Positions 9,701 to 20,027 of a stretch of DNA of 64,000 nt are shown here, one piece after another (position 1 is the stretch's first letter; every line of letters starts with the position of its first letter). This stretch comes from an uncultured Gemmatimonadales bacterium. GTDB taxonomy: Bacteria; Gemmatimonadota; Gemmatimonadetes; Longimicrobiales; RSA9. The stretch covers positions 3,456,001 through 3,520,000 of the forward strand of contig OY970192.1 of the NCBI GenBank assembly GCA_963708135.1. The letters run 5' to 3'. The notes beneath the pieces were generated by a model. It made no database searches. It was not told the DNA's origin and was given only the letters and a program-made list of their open reading frames with translations. Both the position numbers and the translations under genes were made by a program.

Positions 9701-11122
9701 ATGGCTTCCGACGCTGGTCCCAAGAACCTCTCTTCGCCCGAGGCGCACGCCCCGGCGGCGGAGCTGCGGCGCCTGACGTCGCGGCTCGGCGCACAGCTGC
9801 GCGCAGAGGTCCAGCGTTCGCTCGAGGCGCTGCTCGCGGAGGCCGCCCGGCTGCGCGAGCGCGCCGGCGGCGACCCCTCGCTGCGGGCGAGCGCCGAGGC
9901 GGTGGAGCGCGCGGCCCGCGAGATCGCCGGGCGCCTCTCGCGCTTCGAGGGCTCCGCGGCCGCCCTCCTGGGGGAGGAGGACGCCGCCGTCCCGGCGGCC
10001 ACCTCCGGCCCGCCGGCGACGTCCAGCCTCACGCGCGCCCTCGCGGGCGAGCTCAGCCACCTTGCCCACCATGCCGATGCCGGCATCGACGGCCAGGACC
10101 TCGACCGGCTGCGGCCGAGGCTCCGCCGCGCCGCCCGCCTGGCCAGCCTGTGGTTGACCACATCCGTCTCCTTCGGCGACGACGCTTCGGGACCCACTCC
10201 CCGGGGCACGAGCGCCACAAGCGGAGCGGCGACCACCACGATCGGCCTGCCCCACGCGATCGCGCCGGAAGCGGCGCCGCCCCGGGAGCGGCCCCCTCGC
10301 GCGGCCGCCGGACCGTCGATGCCGCCGCCGCACTCCGCCGGGGTGCCGCAGGTGGAGGATGGCGCGCGCACCGCCGCGCTCGCGCTCCAGGATCGGCTGC
10401 GGCGGTCGGAGGCCGCGCACGCGGCGTTCCGCGAGCGAATGGAGCGTCGCGAGCGGTACTGGCGCTACGCGATTCACGAGTTGCGCAACGCGGCGCACGC
10501 GTTTCTCTCCTGGGGCTTCGTGCTGCGCCGCTCGGAGCTGCGCAAGGCGCCGTGGTTCGCGCCGCTCATGAAGGCCGCGGATGCCGTGATGCTTCGCGCG
10601 GAGGAGGCGCTCGAGCCGGGCCGGGTCGAGAACGAGGCGGGGTTGCAGCTGCGCCCGGAGCCGACGGACGTGTCGGCGGTCGTGGCCGAGGCCGTGGAGG
10701 CCGTGCGCCCCTTCGCCGACATGCACGGCCTGTCCCTGGCGATCGCCGCGCCGGCCCGGTGCGAGGGCGCGGCCGCCCTCGCCAATGCCGGCAGGGTCCA
10801 CCAGATCCTGCACAACCTGCTGCGCAACGCGATCGAGGCCACGCCGGCCGGTGGCGCCATCACGGCGACGGTCCGGCACGAGGAGAGCGCGGTGGTGGTG
10901 GTCATCGAGGACACCGGGCCCGGCGTGCCGCCGAACCTGCTCGACACGCTGGAGGGCGACACCTTGCCGCTTCCGGGTGATCCGGGACCGCGCGGCTTCG
11001 GGCTGGGGCTGCGGCTCTGCCGGGACCTGGCCAGCCGGATGGGAGGAGCGCTCGCCATCGAGGCGCCGGAGGCCGGCGTCGGCGCCTGCTTCGTCCTGCG
11101 CCTGCCCCGGGTGTGCGCGTGA
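9701..11122 (+). CDS. Cytoplasmic sensor histidine kinase
   Basis: H-box AIHELRN, N-box QILHNLLRNAIEA, D-box EDTGPG, G2 GFGLGL; no clear TM segment. Confidence 0.8.
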   Translation: MASDAGPKNLSSPEAHAPAAELRRLTSRLGAQLRAEVQRSLEALLAEAARLRERAGGDPSLRASAEAVERAAREIAGRLSRFEGSAAALLGEEDAAVPAATSGPPATSSLTRALAGELSHLAHHADAGIDGQDLDRLRPRLRRAARLASLWLTTSVSFGDDASGPTPRGTSATSGAATTTIGLPHAIAPEAAPPRERPPRAAAGPSMPPPHSAGVPQVEDGARTAALALQDRLRRSEAAHAAFRERMERRERYWRYAIHELRNAAHAFLSWGFVLRRSELRKAPWFAPLMKAADAVMLRAEEALEPGRVENEAGLQLRPEPTDVSAVVAEAVEAVRPFADMHGLSLAIAAPARCEGAAALANAGRVHQILHNLLRNAIEATPAGGAITATVRHEESAVVVVIEDTGPGVPPNLLDTLEGDTLPLPGDPGPRGFGLGLRLCRDLASRMGGALAIEAPEAGVGACFVLRLPRVCA

Positions 11123-11793
11123 CGGAGCCCACGGGCCGCCCGCCGGAGCCGCCGCCCGGCGTCGAGGGCCGCATCGCGGAGGAGCTCGAGCAGCTCGCCG
11201 GCGTGGTGGCCGCGGCGGTCTGGCTGAGGAGTGGCGCGGAGGCGCGCGAGATCTACATCGCCGCTACCCCGGGCGCATCCGTCCTCGCCATTCAGCGGGC
11301 CGCGGCCGAGGTGCTCCGACGGAACGGCATCCAGGCCGAGGAGGACCACATCCGCATCGGCCGCCTCGATGAGGCCCTGGCCCCCGCCCCCGCTGAAGAG
11401 GACTCCGGCTGGCAGGCCCGATTCCTCATCCTGGACGGCGTCAGCGTGGAGCGGGCGGACAGCCACGTGACCTGCCGCGTGCGGCTGCTCCGTCTGGGCG
11501 AGCGCTTCGAGGGCGAGGCCCGCGAGCTGGATACGGAGACCGGCCGCGCCCGCGCCGCCGCACGCGCGACCCTCGCCGCGGTGGAGAAAGCCAGCCCCGC
11601 GAGCCTCGGGCTCGAGGGCGTCATCATCGCCGAGCTCTTCTCCCGGCGCTACGTCGTCGTCTCGATCGAGGCGAGCTCCGCCCGCCGCGTGCTCTTCCTC
11701 TCCGGCATCCTTTCCGTCGAGCCCACGCGCTCCGTCGAGGAGGCCGCCACCCTCGCCACCTTCCGCGCGGTCGAGCGTTTCACCGCCTGGTAG
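11119..11793 (+). CDS. Uncharacterised two-domain protein, paralog of 8969-9658
   Basis: GTGA overlap with the kinase stop; shared LAGVV, EI[H/Y], CRV.L, AAARA, LEG and EEAA.LA motifs. Confidence 0.8.
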   Translation: MTEPTGRPPEPPPGVEGRIAEELEQLAGVVAAAVWLRSGAEAREIYIAATPGASVLAIQRAAAEVLRRNGIQAEEDHIRIGRLDEALAPAPAEEDSGWQARFLILDGVSVERADSHVTCRVRLLRLGERFEGEARELDTETGRARAAARATLAAVEKASPASLGLEGVIIAELFSRRYVVVSIEASSARRVLFLSGILSVEPTRSVEEAATLATFRAVERFTAW

Positions 11794-11838
11794 GGCCGCC
11801 GGCGCACTCGCGTCGGCCTCGCCTCGCCGCCCGATGAG

Positions 11839-11874
11839 CGAGACCCGCCGGGCGAGAAAGCCCGGCGGGTCTCG
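11839..11874. terminator. Perfect 15-bp stem hairpin between convergent genes
   Basis: cgagacccgccgggc-gagaaa-gcccggcgggtctcg; no strong U-tract. Confidence 0.6.
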
Positions 11875-11898
11875 GCCTTCACCCCGCTGGCGCCGCTC

Positions 11899-12288
11899 TC
11901 AGCCGCCGGGCGGCCCCACGAAGCGCTCCACCTCCTGCACGACCCGCCGTGGCTCGACCGGCTTGGCCAGGTAGCCGTCGCACCCCGCCTGCAGCGCCTT
12001 CTGCCGATCCTCCTCGAGCGCGTGCGCCGTGAGCGCGATGATCGGGATCGCCTGGGTGGCCGGATCCGCCTTGAGGCGCTGCGTGGCCTCCCAGCCGTCG
12101 AGCTTCGGGATCGAGATGTCCATCAGGATCAGATCCGGCAATCCCTCCCGCGCGCGGGCCATCCCTTCCTCCCCGTCCCGCGCCTCCACGACCCGGTAGC
12201 CGACGTGCTCGAGGATGGTCCGGTAGACGACGAGGTTGTCCTCGTTGTCCTCCACGAGGAGCACCGTCTTCTTCGCGTTTTCGCTCAT
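11899..12288 (-). CDS. Single-domain response regulator (DivK/CheY-like)
   Basis: VLLVEDNEDN, PDLILMDISIPKLDG, IIALTAHA, YLAKP. Confidence 0.92.
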   Translation of the reverse strand: MSENAKKTVLLVEDNEDNLVVYRTILEHVGYRVVEARDGEEGMARAREGLPDLILMDISIPKLDGWEATQRLKADPATQAIPIIALTAHALEEDRQKALQAGCDGYLAKPVEPRRVVQEVERFVGPPGG

Positions 12289-13094
12289 GGGGCGGATTCC
12301 GCCGAGAGGGGGTCATCCGGAATGCCCGCTTCGAGGGCCTCAGGATCGGATACAGGAACCGTGCCACCTGTGGCCACGACCAGGTGCAGCGCGCCGTGGC
12401 AGTGGGAAACCGTGCCCACGAGGAATCGGAGCGGGCGCGGCGCGGGCGCCGCGAGAGCGTCCACGGCCGAGAGGATCCGCGCGCGGGCCTCGAGCAGCGT
12501 CGCGGCACGGTAGGCGCCCACGCCCCAGGCGATGTGATGGCAGTGGAAGAGGTGCACCTGCTCAACCCGCTGCCCGACCCCGGCGAGCTCGCGCGCGAAC
12601 CCGCGCACGGTCCGGTCGAGGTCCCAGAAGCGGGGGCCGCCGGTGTGAGGGCAGGTGGCGGGCTCGATGCAGTGGACGGGGCAGATCCAGTCCGCGTGGG
12701 ACACCAGGAGCGGCCCGTCCGCGGACTGCTGCTGAAAGGGAGTGCCGGGCATGGCCTGGAAGGGGACGGTCCGCCAGCGCCAGGCGGGCCGCTCCTCGCC
12801 CACGCGGCGGAGCAGCCAGCGGACGGCCAGATGCGGCGTGAACGGCGGCGTGACGAGCTGGTCGTCGCCTTCGGGGTCGAGCGTCCCGAGCAGCCGGTCG
12901 AGGTAGTCGTCCCAGCCGGCCCGCTCGATGGAGAGGCCCGCCTCCGAGCCGAGCTCGGCCGCGGCCCGCGGCCGGCGGCCGTGGTCCACGAGCACGATCC
13001 CGTCCACGTCCAGGGTTCCGGCGGCACGGGCCCGCAGCAGTTGCGTGCCGTAAAAGGTGCCGTAGCACCCCGCGCCGAAGACATGGAAGCGCAT
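12285..13094 (-). CDS. Uncharacterised protein with a Rossmann-like N-terminus and Cys/His clusters
   Basis: VFGAGCYG; HADWICPVHCIEPATCP; FHCHH; SHCHG; ATGA overlap with the response regulator. Confidence 0.75.
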   Translation of the reverse strand: MRFHVFGAGCYGTFYGTQLLRARAAGTLDVDGIVLVDHGRRPRAAAELGSEAGLSIERAGWDDYLDRLLGTLDPEGDDQLVTPPFTPHLAVRWLLRRVGEERPAWRWRTVPFQAMPGTPFQQQSADGPLLVSHADWICPVHCIEPATCPHTGGPRFWDLDRTVRGFARELAGVGQRVEQVHLFHCHHIAWGVGAYRAATLLEARARILSAVDALAAPAPRPLRFLVGTVSHCHGALHLVVATGGTVPVSDPEALEAGIPDDPLSAESAP

Positions 13095-13106
13095 GCCGCC
13101 GGGCCG

Positions 13107-14156
13107 CTACTCCGAGGCGGCCGCCTCGGCGGCCTCCTCCCGATCCTTGAAGATCTTCAGGTTGGTGGAGTGGCCGGGGTTCACGCGCGCCTTGGGGTCG
13201 ATGTGGTGCACGGCATAGTTCACCGCGATGCAGGCCTCGGAGAACCCGGTCGCTATGAGCTCGAGCTTGCCCTCGTAGGCGGCGATGTCGCCTGCCGCGA
13301 AGATGCCGGGAATGCTGGTCTCCATGTGCGGATCCACGCGGATCGAGTTGCGCTCGAGCTCGAGCCCCCAGCGCGAGATCGGCCCCAGGTCGGGCTTGAA
13401 GCCGATCAGCGCGAGCACGGCGTCGATCTCCAGCGTCTCGTCCTCATCGCTCCGGTTGTCGAAGATCGTAACGCGCGTGATCCGGTCCTCGCCGTGCAGC
13501 TCGCGCACCTCCCGATGCGTGAGCAGCTCCATCTGCCCGCCCTCGACGGCGCGGCGCATCTGCTCCATCGAGTGCGCGTGGGCGCGGAAGCCCTCCCGGC
13601 GGTGGATCAGCACGAGCCGCCTCGTCCGATCCTTCAGGTTCAGCGCCCAGTCCACCGCGGAGTCCCCGCCACCCACGATCAGCACGCGCTGCCCCGCGTA
13701 GACGGCGGGGTCCCGGACGTGGTGCAGGACCCCGCGCCCGAGCAGGCGGTCGTAGCCGGGGCACTCCAGCACGCGCGGCGCGAAAGCGCCCTTCCCGGCG
13801 GCGATCACCACGGCCCTCGACGGGTAGCGCCCGCGGTCCGTGGTCAGCACGAAGCCGCCGTCGTCCTGGCGGATCAGCTCCGCGACCTGCTCCTCGAGGC
13901 GCACGTCCGCCCCGAACTGGAGCCCCTGCTCGACCATGCGCGCGGCCAGGTCGCGCGCCAGGATCTGCGGCAGCCCGCCCACATCGTAGATGTACTTCTC
14001 CGGGTAGAGGGCCGCGAGCTGGCCGCCGAGCTCCGGCATGGAATCGACGATCCGCGCGCTGACCCCGCGCATCCCGGCGTAGAAGGCCGCGAAGAGCCCC
14101 GTCGGTCCACCCCCGATGATGGTGATGTCGCGCGGCTCGGCCGTGTTGGGTTCCAT
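13107..14156 (-). CDS. Ferredoxin-NADP+ reductase (TrxR-like, YumC type)
   Basis: IIGGGPTG, GGQLAALYPEKYIYDVGG, GGGDSAVDWA, HRR, LIATGFSEA, PGHST; no CxxC. Confidence 0.88.
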   Translation of the reverse strand: MEPNTAEPRDITIIGGGPTGLFAAFYAGMRGVSARIVDSMPELGGQLAALYPEKYIYDVGGLPQILARDLAARMVEQGLQFGADVRLEEQVAELIRQDDGGFVLTTDRGRYPSRAVVIAAGKGAFAPRVLECPGYDRLLGRGVLHHVRDPAVYAGQRVLIVGGGDSAVDWALNLKDRTRRLVLIHRREGFRAHAHSMEQMRRAVEGGQMELLTHREVRELHGEDRITRVTIFDNRSDEDETLEIDAVLALIGFKPDLGPISRWGLELERNSIRVDPHMETSIPGIFAAGDIAAYEGKLELIATGFSEACIAVNYAVHHIDPKARVNPGHSTNLKIFKDREEAAEAAASE

Positions 14157-14192
14157 GGGTCCGCCGGATCTCCGGCTGCGGTGTGGGAGGCG

Positions 14193-14702
14193 TCAGGCGG
14201 CGTCGTCGCCGGCCTCGGCCGTGCGAATGTACGTGGCGGCCGCGCGCAGCACCTCGCGCGCGTTGGCGTACGTCACGGTGCAGACCGCCTCGTCGAGCGG
14301 CAGCCAGACGCAGGCGGTGATCCCCTCCGCCACCTGCGGGCGGGGCTCGCCGGAAGCCGACTCCATGAGGAAGAAATGACAGAACTTGTGCACGAGCTGG
14401 CCACTCGCGCGGAAGTACCAGTCGATGGTCGGCAGCTCCGCGCGCAGCTCCACGTCGGAGAGGCCGGTCTCCTCCGCCACCTCGCGCGCCGCCGCCTGCC
14501 CGGGTGTCTCGTCCTCCTCGACGTGCCCCTTCGGCAAGCCCCAGTTCTCGTACGGATCGCGGATCAGCAGGAAGGCGAGCGCCGCATCGCCGCGCCGGTA
14601 CACCACGCCGCCCGCGCTCGTCTCGACGCGGGCGCGCCGGGTCCCGCCGCGCCCGTTCCGGCCTCCGCGGCCGCGGCGCTGCGAACTCGAAGATTCAGAC
14701 AC
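14193..14702 (-). CDS. NUDIX hydrolase
   Basis: WGLPKGHVEEDETPGQAAAREVAEETGL Nudix box. Confidence 0.9.
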   Translation of the reverse strand: MSESSSSQRRGRGGRNGRGGTRRARVETSAGGVVYRRGDAALAFLLIRDPYENWGLPKGHVEEDETPGQAAAREVAEETGLSDVELRAELPTIDWYFRASGQLVHKFCHFFLMESASGEPRPQVAEGITACVWLPLDEAVCTVTYANAREVLRAAATYIRTAEAGDDAA

Positions 14703-15672
14703 GAAGCAGTCTTTCGGCGATCTGCACTGCGTTGGTTGCCGCCCCTTTCCGCAGGTTATCCGCGACGACCCAGAAGTGCAATACCTCGGGAATGTCGGGG
14801 TCCGCGCGTAGCCGGCCGACCCGCACGAGGTCGCGGCCGGCGACGTCCCGCGGGAGCGGATCCATGTCCCCCTCGGCCAGCTCGATCCCCGCCATGCCGG
14901 CCAGGCACTCGCGGACGCGCTCGAGCGGGACCGGCCTCTCCAGCTCCGCCGTGACCGCCACCGCGTGCCCGACCTCGACCGGCACGCGCACGCACGTCGC
15001 GGCCACCGGCAGCCCCGGCAGATCCATGATCTTCCGCGTCTCGCCGCGCATCTTCTCCTCCTCCTCGTTCCACCCCAATGCGCGGCGCGGCCCGATCGAC
15101 GGGATCACGTTGCCGGCGATCCGTGCGGGGAACGGCGACGCCTCCGGCACCCGTCCCGCGAGCTCGGCGCGCAGCGTGTCGATCCCCTTCTGCCCCGCGC
15201 CGGACACCGACTGGAAGGTCGTGGCCACGACCCGCCGCAGCGGCGCCGCACGGCGCACCCCCTCCAGCGCCACCACCACCTGGATCGTCGAGCAGTTCGG
15301 GTTCGCAATGATCCCGCGCGGCCGGCGCACGACGGCATCCGCGTTCACCTCCGGCACCACGAGCGGCACTTCCGGGTCCATCCGCCACGCCGAGGAGTTG
15401 TCGATCACGATCGCGCCCTCCTCCGCCGCGCGCGGCGCCCACTCCCGGCTCCGCTGCGCGCCCGCCGAGAAGAGCGCGATGTCGCAGCCGGCAAAGACCC
15501 CCGGGGCCGGCACCCCCACCTCCCACTCACGACCGCCGAACGAGAGCCGGCTGCCGCGCGAGCGCTCCGAGGCGAGCGGCACGATCTGGTCCACCGGGAA
15601 GCCCCGCTCCTCCAGGACCCGCAGCATCGTCCGCCCAACGGCGCCGGTGGCGCCCAGCACGGCGAGCCTCAC
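14695..15672 (-). CDS. asd: Aspartate-semialdehyde dehydrogenase
   Basis: [46 protein letters not shown]. Confidence 0.95.
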   Translation of the reverse strand: MRLAVLGATGAVGRTMLRVLEERGFPVDQIVPLASERSRGSRLSFGGREWEVGVPAPGVFAGCDIALFSAGAQRSREWAPRAAEEGAIVIDNSSAWRMDPEVPLVVPEVNADAVVRRPRGIIANPNCSTIQVVVALEGVRRAAPLRRVVATTFQSVSGAGQKGIDTLRAELAGRVPEASPFPARIAGNVIPSIGPRRALGWNEEEEKMRGETRKIMDLPGLPVAATCVRVPVEVGHAVAVTAELERPVPLERVRECLAGMAGIELAEGDMDPLPRDVAGRDLVRVGRLRADPDIPEVLHFWVVADNLRKGAATNAVQIAERLLRV

Positions 15673-16916
15673 CGCGCCTCGCCCAGGTCGAAGGTGTCGT
15701 GCAGAACGCGGAGGGCGTCGGCCTCCTTCTCCTCCTCGACGAGCACGGCAATGGAGATCGAGGAGCTGGAGAGCGCGAACACCTCGATCCCCGCCTTCTG
15801 CAGCGCGCGGTACTCCTGCGCGTACACGCCCACGCGCTCGTTCATCCCGCTGCCGACGAGAGCGATGCGGGAGAGGCCGGTCCGGACCCCGAAGCCCTGG
15901 CCGCCGAGCTCCTCGACGAAGCGCTCGCAGATCTGGCGCGCGGCGGCGAGCTGATCGCCCTTGACCGACATCTGGAGCTGCCGTCGTCCATCGACCTGGT
16001 CGAGCTGCGAGAGCATGTCCAGGCTGACGCCGGCCTCCGCCAGCCGGCTGAGGATCGTGCCGGTCGCGGCCATGTCGGCCGGCAGCCCCCAGAGCGAGAG
16101 GCGCGCGTAGTCGCTCTCCGAGGCGAGCCCCGTCAGGACCATCCCTTCCATCATCTGCGTGCCCATGTGCTCCTCACCGGCGATGAGCGTTCCTCCATCC
16201 CCGTCGTGGCGAAACGACGAGAGCACCCGCAACGGCACCCGGAAGCGCGCCGCGATCTCGACCGCGCGCGGATGCATCACCTGCGCCCCGGCGCTGGCAA
16301 GCTCCACCATCTCGGCGTACTCGATCCGCGGCAGGCGCGCCGAGGCCGGGACGCGCCGCGGGTCGGCCGTGTAGATCCCGTCCACGTCCGTGTAAATGTC
16401 GCAGCGGTCGGCGCCGAGCGCCGCCGCGAGCGCGACCGCCGTCGTGTCGGAGCCGCCGCGGCCGAGCGTCGTGACCTCCCGGCTCCGGCTGACGCCCTGA
16501 AAGCCGGCGACGATCACCACCTTCCCGGCCCCGAGCTCCTCGCGCACGCGTGTCGCACGCACCTCCTCGATGCGGGCGCCCGTATGCGCGTCGTCGGTGA
16601 TGATGGCCGCCTGCGAGCCGGTCATGCTGATCGCCTCGACGCCGGCGTCGCGCACGGCCATCGCGACCAGCGCCATGGCGATCCGCTCGCCCGCGGTGAG
16701 CAGCATGTCCAGCTCGCGCGGATGCCGCCGGCGCGGCTCGCTGGTCACCTGAGCGGCGAGCGCGACGAGGTCGTCCGTGGTGTCGCCCATCGCGGAGACG
16801 ACGACCACCAGCTCGTGGCCCGCCTGCCGCTCACCCGCGATCCGGCGCGCCACCGCGCGGATCCGGTCGGGCGAGCCGACCGAGGTGCCCCCGAACTTCT
16901 GCACGATGAGGCTCAT
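15669..16916 (-). CDS. lysC: Aspartate kinase
   Basis: [43 protein letters not shown]-terminal ACT-like domains. Confidence 0.95.
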   Translation of the reverse strand: MSLIVQKFGGTSVGSPDRIRAVARRIAGERQAGHELVVVVSAMGDTTDDLVALAAQVTSEPRRRHPRELDMLLTAGERIAMALVAMAVRDAGVEAISMTGSQAAIITDDAHTGARIEEVRATRVREELGAGKVVIVAGFQGVSRSREVTTLGRGGSDTTAVALAAALGADRCDIYTDVDGIYTADPRRVPASARLPRIEYAEMVELASAGAQVMHPRAVEIAARFRVPLRVLSSFRHDGDGGTLIAGEEHMGTQMMEGMVLTGLASESDYARLSLWGLPADMAATGTILSRLAEAGVSLDMLSQLDQVDGRRQLQMSVKGDQLAAARQICERFVEELGGQGFGVRTGLSRIALVGSGMNERVGVYAQEYRALQKAGIEVFALSSSSISIAVLVEEEKEADALRVLHDTFDLGEAR

Positions 16917-16969
16917 CGCCCGAATCCCATGCAAGACCCGGGCAGCCAGCTGGCGCGGAGGGCCATCGC

Positions 16970-17959
16970 TCAGAAGATGTGCAGATTGATGTACTTGCGC
17001 GGGTTCTTCTGGAGGTCGGCGAGCAGGACCTGCAGCTGCTCGTTGGTCTGGACCAGCTGCCGGTAGAGCGTGCTGTCGCGCAGCAGCAGCCCGAGCGTGC
17101 CTTCGCCGCGCTGCATGGCGCCGGCCACGCCGGCCATCGCGGTGAAGGCGGTGTCCGCCTTGCTCATGGTGGACTTGAGCTCCTGGCTGGCCGTGAGCAG
17201 CGAGCGCGAGATGGAGTCGAGGTGCATGCTCGTCGCGTGCGCGCTGGCGAGGGTGGAGCGCAGCTGTCCCTGGGCGACCGCGGTGTCGATCTGCGCGAAC
17301 AGGTCGCGCGCGGTCGTGGCCGCCTCGCCCAGCGACCTGCTCGTGGTCTGCAGGTTCGAGGCGACCTCGTCGAGCGTCTTCTGCTGCGCATCCACGAGCG
17401 CGGTGAGCTTGCCGCTGACCTCCTGGATGTTGTCGATCGCGTCCCGGATGTTGGTGGCCGTCTCCTCCGTGAACGCCATGCCGAAGCGGTTCGTCAGCAC
17501 GGCCAGGTTGCGCGCGATCTCGTCCGCCACCGCCGTAAGGCGCGTGATGTCGGGAAGCGTGGCCCCCGGCAGCACGCTCCTGTCCGGCGACTCCGCGTAC
17601 TGGTACTGCGGGAACGCGGAGCGAGGGAAGATCTCGGCCTGCCAGTCGCCGAACATCGACTTGGGCGAGAGCAGCACGACCGGGTCCTTCGGCAGCGGCA
17701 GGTTGGCCTTCACCGACATCTCGACCATGACGCCGTCGCCACCGGGCTCGAGCTCGATGCTCTCCACCTTGCCGACCGGCACGCCGCGCATCATGACCGC
17801 GTTGCCCTTCGAGAGCAGGCCCACCTCGCGGAACCGGGCGCGCAGGGTCTCCTCCTCGCTGCCGAGCCGCTTCCCCTTCATGAACAGCGTGCCGAAGACG
17901 ATCACCGCGATCCCCAGCACGATCACGAGTCCCACCGTTACCTCGTTGCGACGGCTCAC
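16970..17959 (-). CDS. mlaD: MlaD/MCE family protein
   Basis: N-terminal TM, MCE GV.VG.V motif, helical tail ending GTLGLLLRD...NPRKY. Confidence 0.85.
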   Translation of the reverse strand: MSRRNEVTVGLVIVLGIAVIVFGTLFMKGKRLGSEEETLRARFREVGLLSKGNAVMMRGVPVGKVESIELEPGGDGVMVEMSVKANLPLPKDPVVLLSPKSMFGDWQAEIFPRSAFPQYQYAESPDRSVLPGATLPDITRLTAVADEIARNLAVLTNRFGMAFTEETATNIRDAIDNIQEVSGKLTALVDAQQKTLDEVASNLQTTSRSLGEAATTARDLFAQIDTAVAQGQLRSTLASAHATSMHLDSISRSLLTASQELKSTMSKADTAFTAMAGVAGAMQRGEGTLGLLLRDSTLYRQLVQTNEQLQVLLADLQKNPRKYINLHIF

Positions 17960-18708
17960 GGCACCGCCTCCTGCGCCAGGTCCGGGCGCCCCTCGATGAA
18001 GCCGCGCACCACCGGATCCCCGGCGCGCTGGATTTCCTCGGGCGTACCGACGAAACGGATGCGCCCCTCGAACAGCATCGCGATACGGTTCGCGACGCGG
18101 TACGCGCTCTTCATGTCGTGCGTCACCACCATGCTGGTCACTCCCAGCTCCGCGGCCATCTTCAGCACCAGCGAATCGATCACCGCGGTGGTCACCGGAT
18201 CGAGCCCCGTCGTCGGCTCATCGTAGAGGAGGTACTTGGGCCGCGTCGCGATCGCGCGCGCCAGCCCCACGCGCTTGCGCTGCCCGCCGGACAGCTCGGC
18301 CGGCATGCGGCCGCCGTATCCCTCGAGCTCCACCAGCGCGAGCGAGGCGGCGACCCGGCGCTGGATCTCCGCCTCCGCGAGCCCCGGGATCCGCCGCAGC
18401 CCCATGGCCACGTTGTCCGCCACCGACATGGAGTCGAAGAGGGCGGCGAACTGGAACACGTAGCCGACGTCGCGCCGCAGCGCGTACAGCTCCGAACGGG
18501 TGAGCGAGGCGACCTGCCGGCCATCCACCTCCGCGGTGCCCGCATCGGGGACGAGCAGCCCGACGATCGTCTTGAGCAGCACCGACTTGCCGGAGCCCGA
18601 CGCGCCGATGACCGCCAGCGTCTCGCCATCCCGCACCTCCAGAGAGACGCCGTCGAGCACGACCTTCGGCCCGAACGCCTTGCGGATCCCCTCCAGCCGG
18701 ATGCTCAC
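17956..18708 (-). CDS. mlaF: ABC transporter ATP-binding protein (MlaF/Mkl)
   Basis: [45 protein letters not shown] start at 18708. Confidence 0.9.
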   Translation of the reverse strand: MSIRLEGIRKAFGPKVVLDGVSLEVRDGETLAVIGASGSGKSVLLKTIVGLLVPDAGTAEVDGRQVASLTRSELYALRRDVGYVFQFAALFDSMSVADNVAMGLRRIPGLAEAEIQRRVAASLALVELEGYGGRMPAELSGGQRKRVGLARAIATRPKYLLYDEPTTGLDPVTTAVIDSLVLKMAAELGVTSMVVTHDMKSAYRVANRIAMLFEGRIRFVGTPEEIQRAGDPVVRGFIEGRPDLAQEAVP

Positions 18709-19487
18709 AGGAGGGTGGCCGCCCAGAAGGCGTCCAGCACCAGGATCATCATGCTGCTCGCCACCACCGCGCGCGTGGTGGAGCGGCCCACCGCCTCGGC
18801 GCCGCCCTTGGTGGCGAAGCCGAAGAAGCAGCCCAGCGCGGTGACGACCAGCCCGAAGGACGCGGCCTTGATCAGCGAGTAGCGCACGTCGTACGTCGAG
18901 AAGAAGAGCCGCAGCCCGCGCAGGAACTCGGGCGTGGACAGGTCGAGCAGGTTGATCGCCGTGAGCCAGCCCGCGGCGATCCCGACGGCATCGGCGAAGA
19001 TCACGATGACCGGAAACATCAACAGCCCGGCCAGCACGCGCGGCACCACGAGGTAGGAGATCGGGTCGTAGGCCAGGGTCTCGAGCGCGTCGATCTGCTC
19101 GGTCACCTGCATGGTGCCGATCTCCGCCGCGATGTTGGCTCCCACCCGTCCCGCCAGCGCGAGCCCGGTGAGCACGGGCCCCAGCTCCAGGATCATCGTC
19201 TTGCCGACCAGCACCCCGACGAAGTACAGCGGCACCATGCCGGTGAACGTGTAGGAGGCCTGCAGCGCGAGGACGATCCCGGTGAACGCAGCGATGAAGA
19301 CCGCGATGGGGAGGGAATCCACTCCGAGCCGGGCCATCTGCACCACCAGCAGCGGGCCCCACGTGGCCACGTCGGCCACCCCCTTGCCGGAGATGGCGAC
19401 GAAGTGCCCGAACCGGCCGAAGCCGGCGGCCATGTTCGTCGCGGATCGCCCGACCCACGCCAGAGGAGCGGTCCAGTCCCGGCCCAT
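18705..19487 (-). CDS. mlaE: ABC transporter permease (MlaE)
   Basis: ELGPVLTGLALAGRVGANIAAEIGTMQVTEQIDALE, LVVPR, GGAEAVGRSTT. Confidence 0.92.
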   Translation of the reverse strand: MGRDWTAPLAWVGRSATNMAAGFGRFGHFVAISGKGVADVATWGPLLVVQMARLGVDSLPIAVFIAAFTGIVLALQASYTFTGMVPLYFVGVLVGKTMILELGPVLTGLALAGRVGANIAAEIGTMQVTEQIDALETLAYDPISYLVVPRVLAGLLMFPVIVIFADAVGIAAGWLTAINLLDLSTPEFLRGLRLFFSTYDVRYSLIKAASFGLVVTALGCFFGFATKGGAEAVGRSTTRAVVASSMMILVLDAFWAATLL

Positions 19488-19595
19488 GGCGCTAATGATA
19501 CCGAACGGGCGGGGGCGCCACCACCCCGATCCCGGCCCGTGGCTTGCATTCCGAAGGGCCGACGTCACATGCAAACGATGGCAAGGAGGGCCCGG

Positions 19596-20027
19596 ATGGC
19601 CGGCGATGAGGGGCAGGAGCGGCGGCTCCGCTACGAGGAGATCGACCCCCGGTTCCAGCGGCGCTGGAGCGAGGCGCGGCAGCTCCCGGAGGAGCAGGTG
19701 GAGCGGGCGTTCCGGCACGGCTTCGAGGCGCGCGACCGCTTCGCGCAGCGCCCCTTCGAGGAGGTGGCCGGGTGGCTGCGGGAGAGCTGGAGCGGCCTCG
19801 CGCCGGCAACGCCGTGGGACGACGTCGCCGACATCGTGCGCAGCGGCTACGAGCGCTATCAGGGAGCCGGCGGCGGAGTGACCGACCCGGCGACGGAGGC
19901 CTTGGAGCGCTTCAGCCGGCACACGGCGGGCGGCTCGGGGATGGGCGGCCGCGACCTCGGGGAGCGGCCGAACCTCGGCGATGCGGCGCCCCGCCCCGGC
20001 GACGGCGACGTCAGCGGGGAGCGGTGA
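19596..20027 (+). CDS. Hypothetical small helical protein
   Basis: AGGAGG RBS before ATG 19596; AFRHGFEARDRF...LRESW...PWDDVADIVRSGY. Confidence 0.6.
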   Translation: MAGDEGQERRLRYEEIDPRFQRRWSEARQLPEEQVERAFRHGFEARDRFAQRPFEEVAGWLRESWSGLAPATPWDDVADIVRSGYERYQGAGGGVTDPATEALERFSRHTAGGSGMGGRDLGERPNLGDAAPRPGDGDVSGER

